A stretch of 63,522 bases of DNA, the filler included, from Chiloscyllium plagiosum (lineage: Eukaryota): NCBI RefSeq assembly GCF_004010195.1. It is 3 parts of one record of this genome, joined end to end, with 100 filler letters (N's around TTAATTAATTAA, not from the genome) between each part and the next. Parts side by side here need not be neighbours in the genome. Positions count along the whole stretch, not along the records: positions 24,247 to 49,630 come from NC_057710.1; 2 more parts are not named here. One strand, 5' to 3'. The notes beneath the pieces are model-generated. The model was not told where the DNA came from, searched no databases, and was given only the letters and a program-made list of their open reading frames with translations. This document shows positions 37,191 to 49,354 of this stretch, piece after piece (position 1 is the stretch's first letter; each line of letters begins with the position of its first letter). Position numbers and translations under genes: made by a program.

Positions 37191-39789
37191 AGGCAAACTC
37201 CTCATACTAGATAATTCAAGTTTGGTTTGTGGTCAGGGATAGGAGTGTGTGACTCCTGGTGCAGTACTTATCGAGCCCAGGGGTGAATGGGAGCAGTGAT
37301 TTGCATTTGAGGAGGCTCATATCCTGCTATTGCCCAACAGTTACAAAGTTCTGGCAAGCTGCATGAACAAGGGTGGGGACTGCAAGAAGGATGAGTGAAC
37401 TGACCATGGCACCATGGCACTGAAAGCCATTTAAATGTGAGAAGGGAATAGGAATATAGTTTCATTAATAAACAATATAATTTTTGTGGAATACTTTTTG
37501 AAGGAGTTTCAGGAATTCTTGACTATCAACTCAGGCATGGCTAGTAGTCCGTCCATGCTATGGGAGATTGCTAAGGCCTTTACTAGGGGATTAGCTATTT
37601 CCTATTCGGCTAGCTGGAAAAGACAGAAGGAGGATCAGCAGTGTCTACTTGAGACGCGGTTAAAAGCCGCAGAGGCGGCACATTTTGCACGGCCTTCAGT
37701 GACTAAGCTACAGCGGATCACAGCCCTTCGGGCTGCCTTGAATTCAATACTGACACAAAACGCAAAGAAAGAACTTGCTTTTGCTAGACAGAGGCTGTTC
37801 AAATATGGGGATAGGTCAGGGAAGTATTTAGCGTACCTGACTAGGAAAAAGCGTGCTCCCCAATCCATCACTGCAATCAGCGCTGGGGTCCTTACATACG
37901 ATGCTAAAAAGATTAATGAGGCTTTTCGGAGCTTTTACTCTGAATTGTATTGGTCTGAAGGTTGCGAAGACAGGAGGGCTAAAATGGAGACCTTTTTTAA
38001 GAACCTGGACCTCCCAGGGGTAACCTTGGAACAGGCCTCTCTCTTTAATGCCCCCTTGACAGTTCAGGAAATACAGGAGTCAGCTAGGCAACTTCAGAGT
38101 GGGAAAGCACCTGGCCCTGATGGTCTCCCGGGTGAGTTTTATAAGGAGTTTATAGGGATTCTGTCAGGGCCGATGTTGGAGATGTACAATTACTCCTATA
38201 TGCACGAACGCCTACCACCATCTTTGACAGAAGCTAATATTTCATTAATTCTTAAAAAGGGGAAGGTTCCTGAGGATTGTGCCTCATACAGGCCCATCTC
38301 TCTATTAAATTCAGATTTCAAGATTCTGTCCAAGATCCTGGCGCTGAGATTGGAAAGGGTGTTGCCCCATATTGTGAAAGAGGACCAGACAGGCTTTATA
38401 ATGGGCCTCTAATAATATTAGAAGGTTGCTGAATGTGGTCCAAGTTTGTCAGCAACGATCGATTCAGGGGTGGTGATTTCCTTAGATGCAGAGAAAGCAT
38501 TTGACCGGGTGGAATGGCCGTATCTTTTTTATGTCATAGAACAGCTCGGGTTGGGTGGAGTCTTTGCTAGGTGAATGGAGGTTTTATATCACCACCCTCT
38601 GGCCGCGGTCATCACCAACAGGGTGAAGTCTGGGAATTTTACAATTGGTAGGGGTAATCGGCAAGGCTGCCCCCTCTCACCGTTGTTGTTTACGTTGGTG
38701 ATAGAGCCGCTGGCAGAGGCTATTCGTCAGAACATCCACATAACCGTTCCGGAAGTGGGATCAAGGGCACACAAGATTACATTGTACGCGGATGATGTCC
38801 TTTTGTTTTTCTCGAACCCGATCACCTCCGTACCCCATTTGATACAGTGTATCAATTCATTTGGGGCTATTTCAGGACATAAGATTAACTTTGCAAAATT
38901 AGAGGCTATGCCTTTGGGGAACCTTAAGGATGTGCCAGAAGTTGAAGGTGGCTCTAAGTTCCCTTCTAAGTGGTCACGGGCAGGGTTCCGGTACCTAGGC
39001 ATTTTTATTACCCCCAAGTTTGATCTGTTATTTCGGACTAAATTTGCTCATTTGCTTGACAATATTAGGCGAGATCTCCAGAGATGGGAGGCTCTTCCAA
39101 TTTCATGGCTGGGCCGAATATCTCTTATTAAGATGAATGTTCTTCCTCATTTGCTTTATCCCATGCATATGCTCCCTATAATGTTTCCCAGGTCAACGCT
39201 ACGGAAGCTTATGGGATGGTTTGGTTCCTTTGTCTGGCATCGTGTCGGACCCTCATCAAACTTACTAAATTGCAGTTGCCTCAAGGAGGGGGAGGAGTTG
39301 ATTTCCCAGACATCAGAAGGTATCAATTGAGTTCCCTGCTGTCCTTTGGCTGCAATTGGGTAGGTAACAATCCATGACTGTATCGGCGCCGCCTCGTGCT
39401 CCCACGAGGAGGTTGAACAGTTCATCCACTTCACCAACACCTTCCACCCCGACCTCAAATTCACCTGGACAGTCACAGATTCCTCCCTCCCCTTCCTTGA
39501 CCTTTCTATTTCTATCTCAGGCGACCGAATCAACACGGACATCTACTACAAACCAACCGACTCCCACAGCTACCTGGACTACACCTCCTCCCACCCTGCC
39601 CCCTGTAAAAACGCCATCCCATTCCCCCAATTCCTTCGACTCCGCCGCATCTGCTCCCAGGAGGATCAGTTCCAAAAACGCACAACCCAGATGGACCGCA
39701 ATTTCCCCCCCGACGTGGTCAACGATGCCCTCCACCGCATCTCTTCCACTCCCCGCTCCTCCGCCCTTGAGCCCCGCCCCTCCAACCAC

Positions 39790-40257
39790 CACCAGGACAG
39801 AACCCCACTGGTCCTCACCAGGACAGAACCCCACTGGTCCTCACCAGGACAGAACCCCACTGGTCCTCACCAGGACAGAACCCCACTGGTCCTCACCAGG
39901 ACAGAACCCCACTGGTCCTCACCAGGACAGAACCCCACTGGTCCTCACCAGGACAGAACCCCACTGGTCCTCACCAGGACAGAACCCCACTGGTCCTCAC
40001 CAGGACAGAACCCCACTGGTCCTCACCAGGACAGAACCCCACTGGTCCTCACCAGGACAGAACCCCACTGGTCCTCACCAGGACAGAACCCCACTGGTCC
40101 TCACCAGGACAGAACCCCACTGGTCCTCACCAGGACAGAACCCCACTGGTCCTCACCAGGACAGAACCCCACTGGTCCTCACCAGGACAGAACCCCACTG
40201 GTCCTCACCAGGACAGAACCCCACTGGTCCTCACCAGGACAGAACCCCACTGGTCCC
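39790..40257. repeat. Tandem array, 18 x 26 bp (caccaggacagaaccccactggtcct)
   Basis: 17 perfect units plus one with a terminal t>c; no spacers. Confidence 0.95.
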
Positions 40258-40549
40258 CACCTACCACCCCACCAATCTCCATGTACAGCGCATCACCCGC
40301 CGTCACTTCCGCCACCTCCAAACAGAAATCTCCATGTACAGCGCATCATCCGCCGTCACTTCCGCCACCCCCAAACAGACCCCAGCACCAAGGATATATT
40401 CCCCTCCCCTCCCCTATCAGCTTTCCGTAGAGACCACTCCCTCCGCCACCCCCTTGTCAGATCCACACCCCCCACCGACCCAACCACCACTCCCGGCACC
40501 TTCCCTTGCAACCGCAGGAGGTGCAACACTTNNNNNNNNNNNNTCATTC

Positions 40550-40577
40550 CTGAAGAAGGGCTTATGCCCGAAACGTC
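40550..40577 (+). ncRNA. Minimal hammerhead ribozyme motif (PLE family A)
   Basis: CTGAAGA-A-GGGC-ttat-GCCC-GAAAC-GTC. Confidence 0.75.
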
Positions 40578-42143
40578 GATTCTCCTGTTCCCTGGATGCT
40601 GCCTGACCTGCTGCGCTTTTCCAGCACACATTTTCAGCTAGGTAACAATCCAAACTCAATATGGTTGGATATTGAGGCCTCCCAAGCAAAGTGCCCTCTT
40701 ATTAACCTATTGTTCATGGATAAGATGAGGACAGTTATGGACCACTGCCGGAACCCCATTGTCATGAGTACAGTCAAGGCATGGAGGGCGATGCGTCAGA
40801 GTGAGGGTTGTTTATCCAAGACTTCGCTATTTACACCTATAGGTGGCATGCCAGGGTTCCGACCAGGGATGATGGACTCGGGTTTAAACTATGAGCAGCG
40901 AGAGGAGTTTCTAGTTTGGCAGATCTGTTTGAGGGGAAGTTTATGATGTCTTTTGAGCAACTGAGCCGCAAATACGGGTTGCCCAGCAGAGATCTTTTCT
41001 GTTTTTTTTTCAGGTTAGGGATTTCATCCAGAAGAAGACAACGCTTCTCATTAAGCCCTATAAGCCCGGTACAGAGAGGATGTTGCTTTGCTCCACATGC
41101 ACCCTTTCGGTTAGTGCCCTCTATCACCTGCTGGGTGGCAGGGCCTGGCAGGATATTAACCGGTTATGTGAGGTCTGGAAGCAAGAGCTGGGAGTGGAGA
41201 TCTCTTCTGAAACATGGGACAACATATGGGAGAATACTCAAAAGATCTCAATCTGTAACAGGACATGCGCTACGTAGTTAAAAGTTCTGCGCAGGCCTCA
41301 TCTGGCACCAGACCGTCTGGCGAAATTTTAAAAAGGGGCATCTTCAGTGTGCCCCAAATGTAAAATAAATGTAGGTACTCTTACCATTGCTTCTGGACAT
41401 GCCACAGGTTCCGTGTTTATTGGAGCGCTGTGGCGGGAGAGATAGGGAGGGTATTGAGGACCGAAGTCAAAGTAGACCCAATATCTCTCCTCTTAGGTCT
41501 ACCGAATGTACCATCTTTAGACGGGCATGGGAAGAAATGATTTAATATTCTTGCATACTGTGCACGGAAGAATACTCAGATGAACTGGGTGTCTGAGAAC
41601 TCGTCAGGCTTGCTGGGATGGTAGAAATTAATTATGGAGCACATTCCTTTGGACTTATTCACAAACATGGTGCACCACACAACAAACAATTTTTATAAGA
41701 CATGGCAGCCCTACTTGAGTTATTTGGATATAGATTTATCAGTTATCTTAACTAGGGCGTTTGTTTAACCAGGATGATTAGATTTGTCAAGCCCTGGGCC
41801 CTGGAGGGGGTCTCCCGAATTAATATGGGTATATATACAATGCTCCCTTTCCTTTGTTTGGGAGCCTTGTTCCAAGCATAGCTGTTCTGTATTTTGTGGG
41901 TTTTTTTTGTTTTTTTTTTGCTTTTCTTTCTTTTTTTTGGTGTTGCGTTGCACAGTGTTAGGGTTAGTTTTGTATTATAGAGCAGGTTAGTAGTTAGTAG
42001 ATAGTAGTTGCATTGTAATTTGTGTTTTTTTCTTTTTATTATACTGATATTTGTGATTGATTGTTTTTTTCAATAATTTTATATGTTTGTAAGGTTAATA
42101 AAAAATATTAATAAATATATTTCCAAAAAAAAGCAATATAATT

Positions 42144-42560
42144 AGGGAGATAGATACTTCACTGCAGCCATGAGCAGAAGTCCCGAAGGCTTTGTTGCCT
42201 GCACCGTGGCAGAGTTAAGGGCATCTCCTTGGTGATGGAGAGCAACTTGGCTTGGGAGAGGAGGGATCCAATTGTCATCATCCATATTAGTATTAATGAC
42301 ATTTCTAGAACTGGAAAGGAGGTTCTGCTGAAAGATTTTGAACAATTAGGTGCTAAAATAAAAAAGCAGAACCTCCAAGATGCCAATCTCAGGATTACTA
42401 CCAAAGCGACAGGCAAACTGGGTTAGATAAGTAAAATCAAGGAGGTAAATGCATGTGTGTGTGGAATGGGTTTCAGTTCATGGCATCAGTCCTGAGTTAG
42501 AAAGGAACTGTTCCAGTGGGCCAGGCTGTGCTAGGATCAGTGTCAGGGTGAATTAACTAG
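42144..42560 (+). mobile_element. CR1 ORF1 esterase relic (continuation of about 37200-37482)
   Basis: CCLHRGRVK, DPIVIIHISINDI, EVLLKDFEQLGAKIK. Confidence 0.7.
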
Positions 42561-42796
42561 GATTATACAGAGATTTGAATCTGCAAAGGGATCAAGGGTT
42601 ATGGGAAAAAGGCAGGAATGTGGAGCTGAGGATAATCAGCTCAGCATGACTTCATTGAATGGTGGACCAGATTTGATGGGCCAAATAGCCCACTTGTACT
42701 CTTACATTTTATGATTGTTTGGAGAACCAGTGCAGACATAATGAGATGAATAGTCACTTTCTGCTTCGTACGCTTTCTGTTACAGGGCAGAAGGGT

Positions 42797-43082
42797 CATA
42801 GAATCATAGACTCCCTAAAGTGTGAAACCAGCTCCATCGAGGCCAAACTGACCCTCCAAAAAGCATCCAACTCAGACCCTTCCCCAACCCCATCCCTGTA
42901 ACCCTGTATTTCCCATAGTCAATCCACCTAATGTCCACAACTTTGGACATTGGGACGAAACAAGAGCAGCCAGAGGAAACCCATGCAGACACATCAAGAA
43001 TGTGCAAACCCCAGACAAACAGTCGCCCAGAGTTGGAATCAAACCCACGTCCTTGAGGCTGTGGGATAGCAGTGCTAAACTC
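42797..43082 (-). mobile_element. HE1-related V-SINE, older variant
   Basis: V-domain gtgtctgcatgggtttcctctggctgctc; tctatgattctatga tail. Confidence 0.8.
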
Positions 43083-43089
43083 AACACAG

Positions 43090-43200
43090 ACATAAAACAT
43101 TAACTCTGCTTCTCTCTTCACTTATGCTGCTAGACCTTTGAGTTTCTCCAGCATTCTCTGTTTTCATTTCAGATCTTCAGCATCTGCAGTATCTTGCTTT
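43090..43200 (+). mobile_element. PLE family D terminus fragment
   Basis: ttaactctgcttctctc..atgctgctagacc..gagtttctccagca..ttcagcatctgcagt; compare 25675-25790 reverse complement. Confidence 0.65.
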
Positions 43201-44849
43201 TAAATGAAATTATATCTTATTAAATACAGCAAGGAAATTGAGATCAACATGGCATTTTCCCCAATAGCTAGTTGCTATTAGGAGAAAGCATGATTTGTTG
43301 CATTAGCTTTCAAACACAATGCAACCTCTTTAAATAATTGGAATTCACAATAATTTTTAATCAGCCTCAGGCAACTGGTTTAACAAGGAATATCTTAAAT
43401 GTGAGTTAAACCATAGTTGCAGCTCATGACGATCTCTTTAGCACCTAACATTAAAATCACTTATTAACATTTAGTGGTCAACTGTCAGAAAAATTAGTGA
43501 ATATTTAAAAAATAATTTTCAACGTAATGATGCATCCCCATGGGAGATTTGATCCCAGCTACTCGGTCTTCGAGGGAGGGATAACATCACTATGCCACAA
43601 AAGCCTTTACTGAATGTACACATTGTCCAAGAAAGATGTAGCAAATACATTTTTCATGATCTTCCTAGAATTTAACTTTTTACAGTAAAGGAGTTAGGAA
43701 TTTGTGATATAACGTCACAAGTATAGTAAAAGCTAGCAGAAGAAAACAATGACATGCTAAACATTATCCCTCTTAACCAAATACAATCTTCATAAGCCTC
43801 TTTCCATAGTCAAGAATGGCAATGGCTTAAAATACCTGGACTTAAAATTAGTGCAATTGCCTGTAAAAGAAACTCAGAGTTTATTCATGCATCTTGGCCA
43901 GTCTGCCAGGATTGTATCAGTCTCAAGTTGAACAACATCCCTGAGAGTTTTCACCCACTTATTCTCTAAATAAGAGACTTTCCACATTCAGTCTATATTT
44001 GTATACAGCTGTAAACATTTACCAGTCTGCGGACACATGAAAGCAGTAACTCTTAGCTTATGCAGTGAATCAGATCTGAAGTTTCTTCTGTCCACGCTTG
44101 TTTTAATGGGTTTTATTCTTGCATTGTCCCCCAAAAAAATCATAAAAACATTTTTCAGCTTTGCTACACAAAATAAACATGAGAATGTTGCTTTACCAAA
44201 TCTTCATCAAGGTAAGTGGGAGCTTCTGAATAAATGCAACAGTCTTCATACAACAGGTTACAGAGGATCTAAGTTGATTACACATTGATAGGGGGTAAAA
44301 TGAGAATCAAAACAAGGCAAGGATTTCCCTGGGTGTTAGGGAAAAAGGGAACAAAAGAAAATGGATGCCTTGCTCTGTATCCAATTTTAATTGTAACTTG
44401 AACAGAACTTTGTAGAGTGTGCTGTTACCTGGCTTGTGTTCCCTAAAATGAACTTTACCCTCATGTCTTTGATGCCACCCAGCATCCAAGCAATATATTT
44501 CTAGCCAGCATGGATTATAAAACTCTCACGTTGATGTTTTTAAATAAGTTGAACAGAAATGAGTTGGTGTGCAATTTTCTTTGGAAGCAGTTTGACATTC
44601 ATGGCGTGGGTCAGTTGGTTAGAGGATTGCTTTGTGTCTGTGGAAATTGAGCAGGATAAGGTTATGGAGATTGTCCTTTTTTTGTCATAAGGGTCTAGTG
44701 GTGGGGCCAAAGTGAATTTTAGTGAGGGCATCCCTGGCAGCATTGCCAGCATGTGGGGATGCATTGCTGTCACTTTTCTGCCCTCTTCTTTGCCCTGCTG
44801 CCTCCAGATTGTTTGAGGAGCTTTTCATTTCCTTCTTTTCCTGTAGATT

Positions 44850-45590
44850 TAGGCTTCATTGTTCTCCAATATTGTATTGAATGACGCAATGAGAACCATG
44901 TTTTAAGACCTTCACTTGCACACATGTGAGGGTCATTGTTGATCTGTCCAGACACTTAGACAGCATCTTCAGCATATCAATGGCCTCTTCAATCACACAT
45001 TCACTGGTCTAAGGATAGTACTGTTGAGTTTCAGTAGTCATTTTAAGTGGGTACTTCTTGTTGCCAACATCCCATCCTTGGTCTGTTTATAAGTGTGAAG
45101 AGATCAGGGATCGTGGACAAAATCGTTATGGCAGCTATTGGGAATCTTGTGCATAACCACATAAATATCTAATTGCGATTCCACATTGAGGCAATGCAAA
45201 TTCTGTAGGTAATGAAGACTTCCGGTTGTTGGGCCCAAGATGTCATGTGTATACCCACAGAGAGGCCAAGCAGAGCCACAAACCCAAATGCGTCCACTCA
45301 CTCTGACTGGCCTCAGGCAAAATTTATATCATTGACAGCACTAATGAACAACCCACCATGCATGTGTTTTATCCATTTGTGGGCCACTAACTTGGAGATC
45401 CTGTGGTACGGTCCTGAACATTGGTAACAGACACTGCAAAACATACGGCCACCAGATTCAGCAGGGAGTAGATCTGCCTCTTGGAGGATGGAGATATCCA
45501 TTACCCCTATGTGATATGCTGACACACTGGTGTTCTGATATATCAAGGTAACGTTCTCTAATATAGATCTCATTTTGTGTATTGCCACAT
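44850..45590 (-). mobile_element. Degenerate PIF/Harbinger (HARBI1-like DDE) transposase relic
   Basis: Collinear motifs across frameshifts: ISKLVAHKWIKH, GYTH, LHCLNVE, RFPNSCHNDF, GWDVGNKKYPLK, CVIEEAIDMLKMLSKCLDRS. Confidence 0.75.
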
Positions 45591-46719
45591 CAGTGTAAGT
45601 TTTAGGAAAAGGGCAAAGAACACCACAGTACAGGAACAGGCACTTGGTGTTTGAGGCATATGATTCAGCATGATTTAATAAACGTCACAGGAACATGGAA
45701 AACAGAGACCATTTAAAGCAGAGATCATCTAAAAGGGATCAGGTTGATTGAATGTTATCACCAGTTTTTAAAAGATGTGTTCCAGATACATGGGCTTTGT
45801 CTTTATCAAGAAGAGCGCTGTAGAATATGTAACACTCTAAAAGCAATTTATCTGATAATGGCTGAATTTATGATGCCAGTAGTTTAGAGCTGGTAACAAA
45901 AATGACATTTAGAGTGCTGTTTTTCTGTTTCCATGTTCAACATGACTTGTAACAGGATAAAATTATGCAAAATGGACTGTTTTATTTCAGGATACAATAT
46001 GGGTGCTAGGAATTGCTGCAATTAGCAAATTGCTCAATAAAAGATCAGCACAGTGTACCTTTAGTTTCCAGGAAGAATGGAAAATGACCCATACTATTGC
46101 ATTTTCAGCACCAAATTTATTCATCACCTCCACTAAACTACTTTTTACAGCATTTATATGTTTCAAAACTTGTGAAACAGGTCCCCTACAACAACAGAAC
46201 ATTATTCTCCCTGGTAACAATCTCTGCCTTAAAGTACCTACAGTTAAGCACTTGCTTATTTTCTCAAGTATCAAATAAAGTCGTAAAAGTGAATTAAATA
46301 ATGAATTAGCATTGACTTTAGGTATCTTCATTAAAACTGGAGATGCTTTAAGGAGTTAGCTAAATGATCATTAGTAAACCATTAAATAAAGCATTAGTGT
46401 GATTATAATTCTGTACAAAATACAGTACAAGCCATGTTGCAGTATTTATGATTGCAACAAAAGAAAAATCCACAATCTGGTTTCTTTGTCACATCTTACA
46501 CCGTTGTACCAGATTGTTTTCCAACCTTTAGGAGCACTATATCATTTAAAGAATTTTTTTTTAGGGGCATGTCTTGAGGTCTAATTTGGGCTGGGGGTGC
46601 AAATCACCTGCAGGTATACAGGAATCAGATATCCAAAGCCAAAACAAGAAAGATTGCTGACTACAAGTGATATTTCTGTCTCATTCGTGAATTTGATTAC
46701 ATTTGATAGCCTCAGATTA

Positions 46720-47455
46720 TTTATTTATTGTCCCTTCCTAGTTACTTTTCAGAAGGTGGTGGTAAGCTGCTTTCTTGAACCACGGCAGTCCATGTCCTGT
46801 GGGCTGGTTCACAATGCCTTTAGGGAGAGAATTCCAGGATTTTGATCCAGCAACAGTGGAGGAACAGCAATATATTTCCAAGTAAGGATGAAGAGTAGTT
46901 TTGAGGGGAACTTGCCGGTGATGGGTGCTCCCATGTATCTGTTATCCTTGTCCTTCTAGATGGAAGTACACGTGGGTTTGGAAGGTGCTGTTTTAGGATC
47001 TTTGGTGAATTTCTTCAGTGCATCTTTTTGATGGCACACACTCCTGGTCCTGACCATTGATGGAGGAGGGAGTAGATGCTTGGGGATGTAGTGCCAATCA
47101 AGTGGACTGCTTGACCTGGATGGTACCAAGTTTCTTGAGTGTTGTTGGAGCTGCATCCATCTAGGCAAATAGGGAACATTCCATCATACTCCTGACTTGT
47201 GCCTTGTAGATGGTGGGTAGGCTTTGGGGAGTCAGGAGGTGAGCTACTTGCCACAGTATTCCTAGCCTTGAAGCTACTTTTGCAACCAGAGTGTTTATGG
47301 GAAGAGTCCAATTGAGCTTCTGGCCAATGGTAACCCCAGAATATTGATAGTGGGGGATTCAGTGATGGTAACACCATTGAATGTCAAGCAGACATGGTTA
47401 GATTGTCTCTCATTGAAGATGGTCATTACCTGGCATTTATTTGGTCTAAATGTTA
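46720..47455 (-). mobile_element. Zenon/CR1-L2-group LINE 3' fragment
   Basis: TIYKAQVRSMMECS..DAAPTTLKKLGTIQ translation; 3' end shared with SINE B tail. Confidence 0.75.
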
Positions 47456-47485
47456 CTCAGAAATACTAATAGCATGCACAATAAA

Positions 47486-47707
47486 TGAAATAATTCCGCA
47501 GAGGCCAGTATTCCGTCACTGAGTCACCCTTTATTGATATGTGGAGAGTCCTTAACACTGATTCCAGCTTCCTTATAGCCAGCCAGGATGAGGAACACTC
47601 CAAACATGTGTCAACCAGGACTCCTTCAATGGGGCTGTTAATCAGGTTCAATCAGAGAACTCAGTTTCTATGATGTCCACCCAGCTGACCTCATTACAAT
47701 CACCACA
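47486..47707 (-). mobile_element. Solo LTR (probably Gypsy-type)
   Basis: Reverse complement TGTGGTG...TTATTTCA; aataaa inside; 5-bp TSD ataaa/gtaaa. Confidence 0.72.
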
Positions 47708-48354
47708 GTAAAAGAGTGGGACGTTTGAAACATGTCACAAAGTGGCAGTATACAAACTGTTACTTTTCTAAGCATATCTATTGTAGAACAGTACTTTTCA
47801 GAGCATTACTTTGGAGATTGACACAGAAATAGGTCCTTTTGTCCAATTATTACAGCACCACTCAACCCTCCTCCCATCTTCCTTCATCCAAAAAATCTAC
47901 AGAGACGGGAATGGCCCATAATTGGCCTCCCAGCAGGTGACCAAGCTGCCATCCTTCCCATTGCTAGCAATGTGTCATGGCGGCAGGAAGACATCTCGAC
48001 CCCTTCCTGATGCCTTCACCCATGATTTTGCCAGACATCCTGATTTCCAGCTTATCCTCAAAATGTCCAGAAAATTCGATCTTTTAGCTCAATTTCTCTC
48101 TCCATGTACACTGTCTGATTGGCCAAGTACTGCCAGCATTTTCTGTTTTTATTCTATTTCAAACAGTGCTCTGTTCTGATGAGAGTTCACAGGTGGAAAA
48201 TTTTAACTTGGTTTCTTTCTCTACAATTGCTGCCTGACCTGTTGAATATTTCTAGCATTTTCTCTGTTTGCTTTTACTGCTTACTGAGGAATAATAATCA
48301 CCAGGGACTTTCCTCTGCTGCACTTCACCTGATATTTCCATCAGCCTAAAAGGT

Positions 48355-48520
48355 CAAACAAAGCTTCATTAAACATGTCCAAAATGTGGCACCTCTGATA
48401 GTTTAGAGTATTGTCTCAGTACTGCACCGCAGCATTAGCCTAGATTACATAATTATCTAAGTAGGTCCTGAGTCCACAATTGTTGCGTTCAGATATAGAA
48501 ACATCACCAATTAACCATAG
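48355..48520 (-). mobile_element. Deu-domain SINE fragment (SacSINE1/AmnSINE1 superfamily)
   Basis: ggcacctctgatagt..ctcagtactgcac..cagcattagcctagatta resembles the Deu-SINE core as I recall it. Confidence 0.55.
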
Positions 48521-48879
48521 AATTTATCTCATCTGGTAGTGTTATATATATTTGTGTCTTAAATATTTCATACTTTTTTTTACATCAATGTTGTCATTGA
48601 ATTCATGAACAAATATTTCCTCACAAGATAGACTGCTTTTTGTCAAATTTTCAGCATGTTTGAAATGTAATTTATTCCCATGTTAAGCTTTTTGGTACAT
48701 CTGGTGCAGTTAGATTTTTTTCGTCCATTTGCAGGATATTCTCACGTTATTTGTGGTTGCATAGGCATTCGCAACGGCAAATTGAATTGCTTGTTCTTTT
48801 ATGACAAAATGTAGAGCAGAGATTAACCATCATTTTGCGCAATAGGTAAAATTATAACTAACATTTCCTTCTTTAAAGT

Positions 48880-49005
48880 AAAGCAAAAGAACTGTGAATG
48901 CTGGATGTCAGAAACAAAAACAGAAATTGCTAGAATTGCAAATCTGACAGCAGCTGTGGAAAGAAATCAAAGTTAAGGTTTCGGGTCCAGTGACTCTTCC
49001 TCAGA
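48880..49005 (-). mobile_element. PLE family D terminus with hammerhead motif (48974-49004)
   Basis: Reverse complement CTGAGGA-A-GAGTC-actg-GACCC-GAAAC-cTTA then terminus. Confidence 0.7.
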
Positions 49006-49354
49006 AGAGTCGTCTTCTCCTTTGACAGTTTGAGTTATATATGATGAAGCAGGAATGATTTTCATCTGAGTTTAAAATGGAGATTGTCTTTCCTTGAGGA
49101 AACACCAGCTGAAAACAATGTTAGGTTTTCTGTGAGAAAGGAGCTCAGATTGTTTGATCTGGTAATTAAACACATAAGAGCTGGTGCAACACTGTCTCCA
49201 GTCTGCCACTTTTCCCTGCAATGGATGAAATCTGAATAATTGAATTTCAGGATCCAAAATCCTCCACATGTTTTCCAAACAGGCTTGTGTGACAGCTCTC
49301 TGTTGGGGAGTCCTGTGCCTGTAATAAATGCACAAACAATGTCTCACTGACTGC

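Larger units (their letters stand above)
39375..40638 (+). mobile_element. Young PLE family A insertion inside the L1
   Basis: Perfect 14-bp TSD taggtaacaatcca at 39361-39374 and 40639-40652; DCIG..EEVEQFIHF..PFLDL..YYKPTDSHSYLDY; CpGs retained; 12-N gap at 40532-40543. Confidence 0.92.
37483..42132 (+). mobile_element. 5'-truncated L1-clade LINE (ORF2, 3' UTR, poly A) inserted in a CR1 ORF1 relic
   Basis: [65 protein letters not shown]-terminal CPKC..HCFWTC; aataaa + A run; TSD caatataatt at 37473-37482 and 42134-42143. Confidence 0.93.

Noticed and set aside
39790..40257. CRISPR-like array
   Set aside because: Units are contiguous with no spacers, there are no cas genes, the context is eukaryotic, and the unit derives from PLE coding sequence
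39374..40641. 410-aa and 316-aa repetitive ORFs as novel proteins
   Set aside because: Products of a stop-free 26-bp repeat in C-rich PLE sequence; they also read through an N gap
44540..45588. Endogenous viral element suggested by clustered minus-strand ORFs
   Set aside because: The motifs fit a Harbinger transposase better; no viral motif recognised
45987..46331. Overlapping ORFs in unique AT-rich DNA as a host gene
   Set aside because: No recognisable domain; lengths within chance expectation
48735..48845. Exon-like segment (tttgcag..aatag|gtaaaa)
   Set aside because: Stop codons in all three plus-strand frames; no other support
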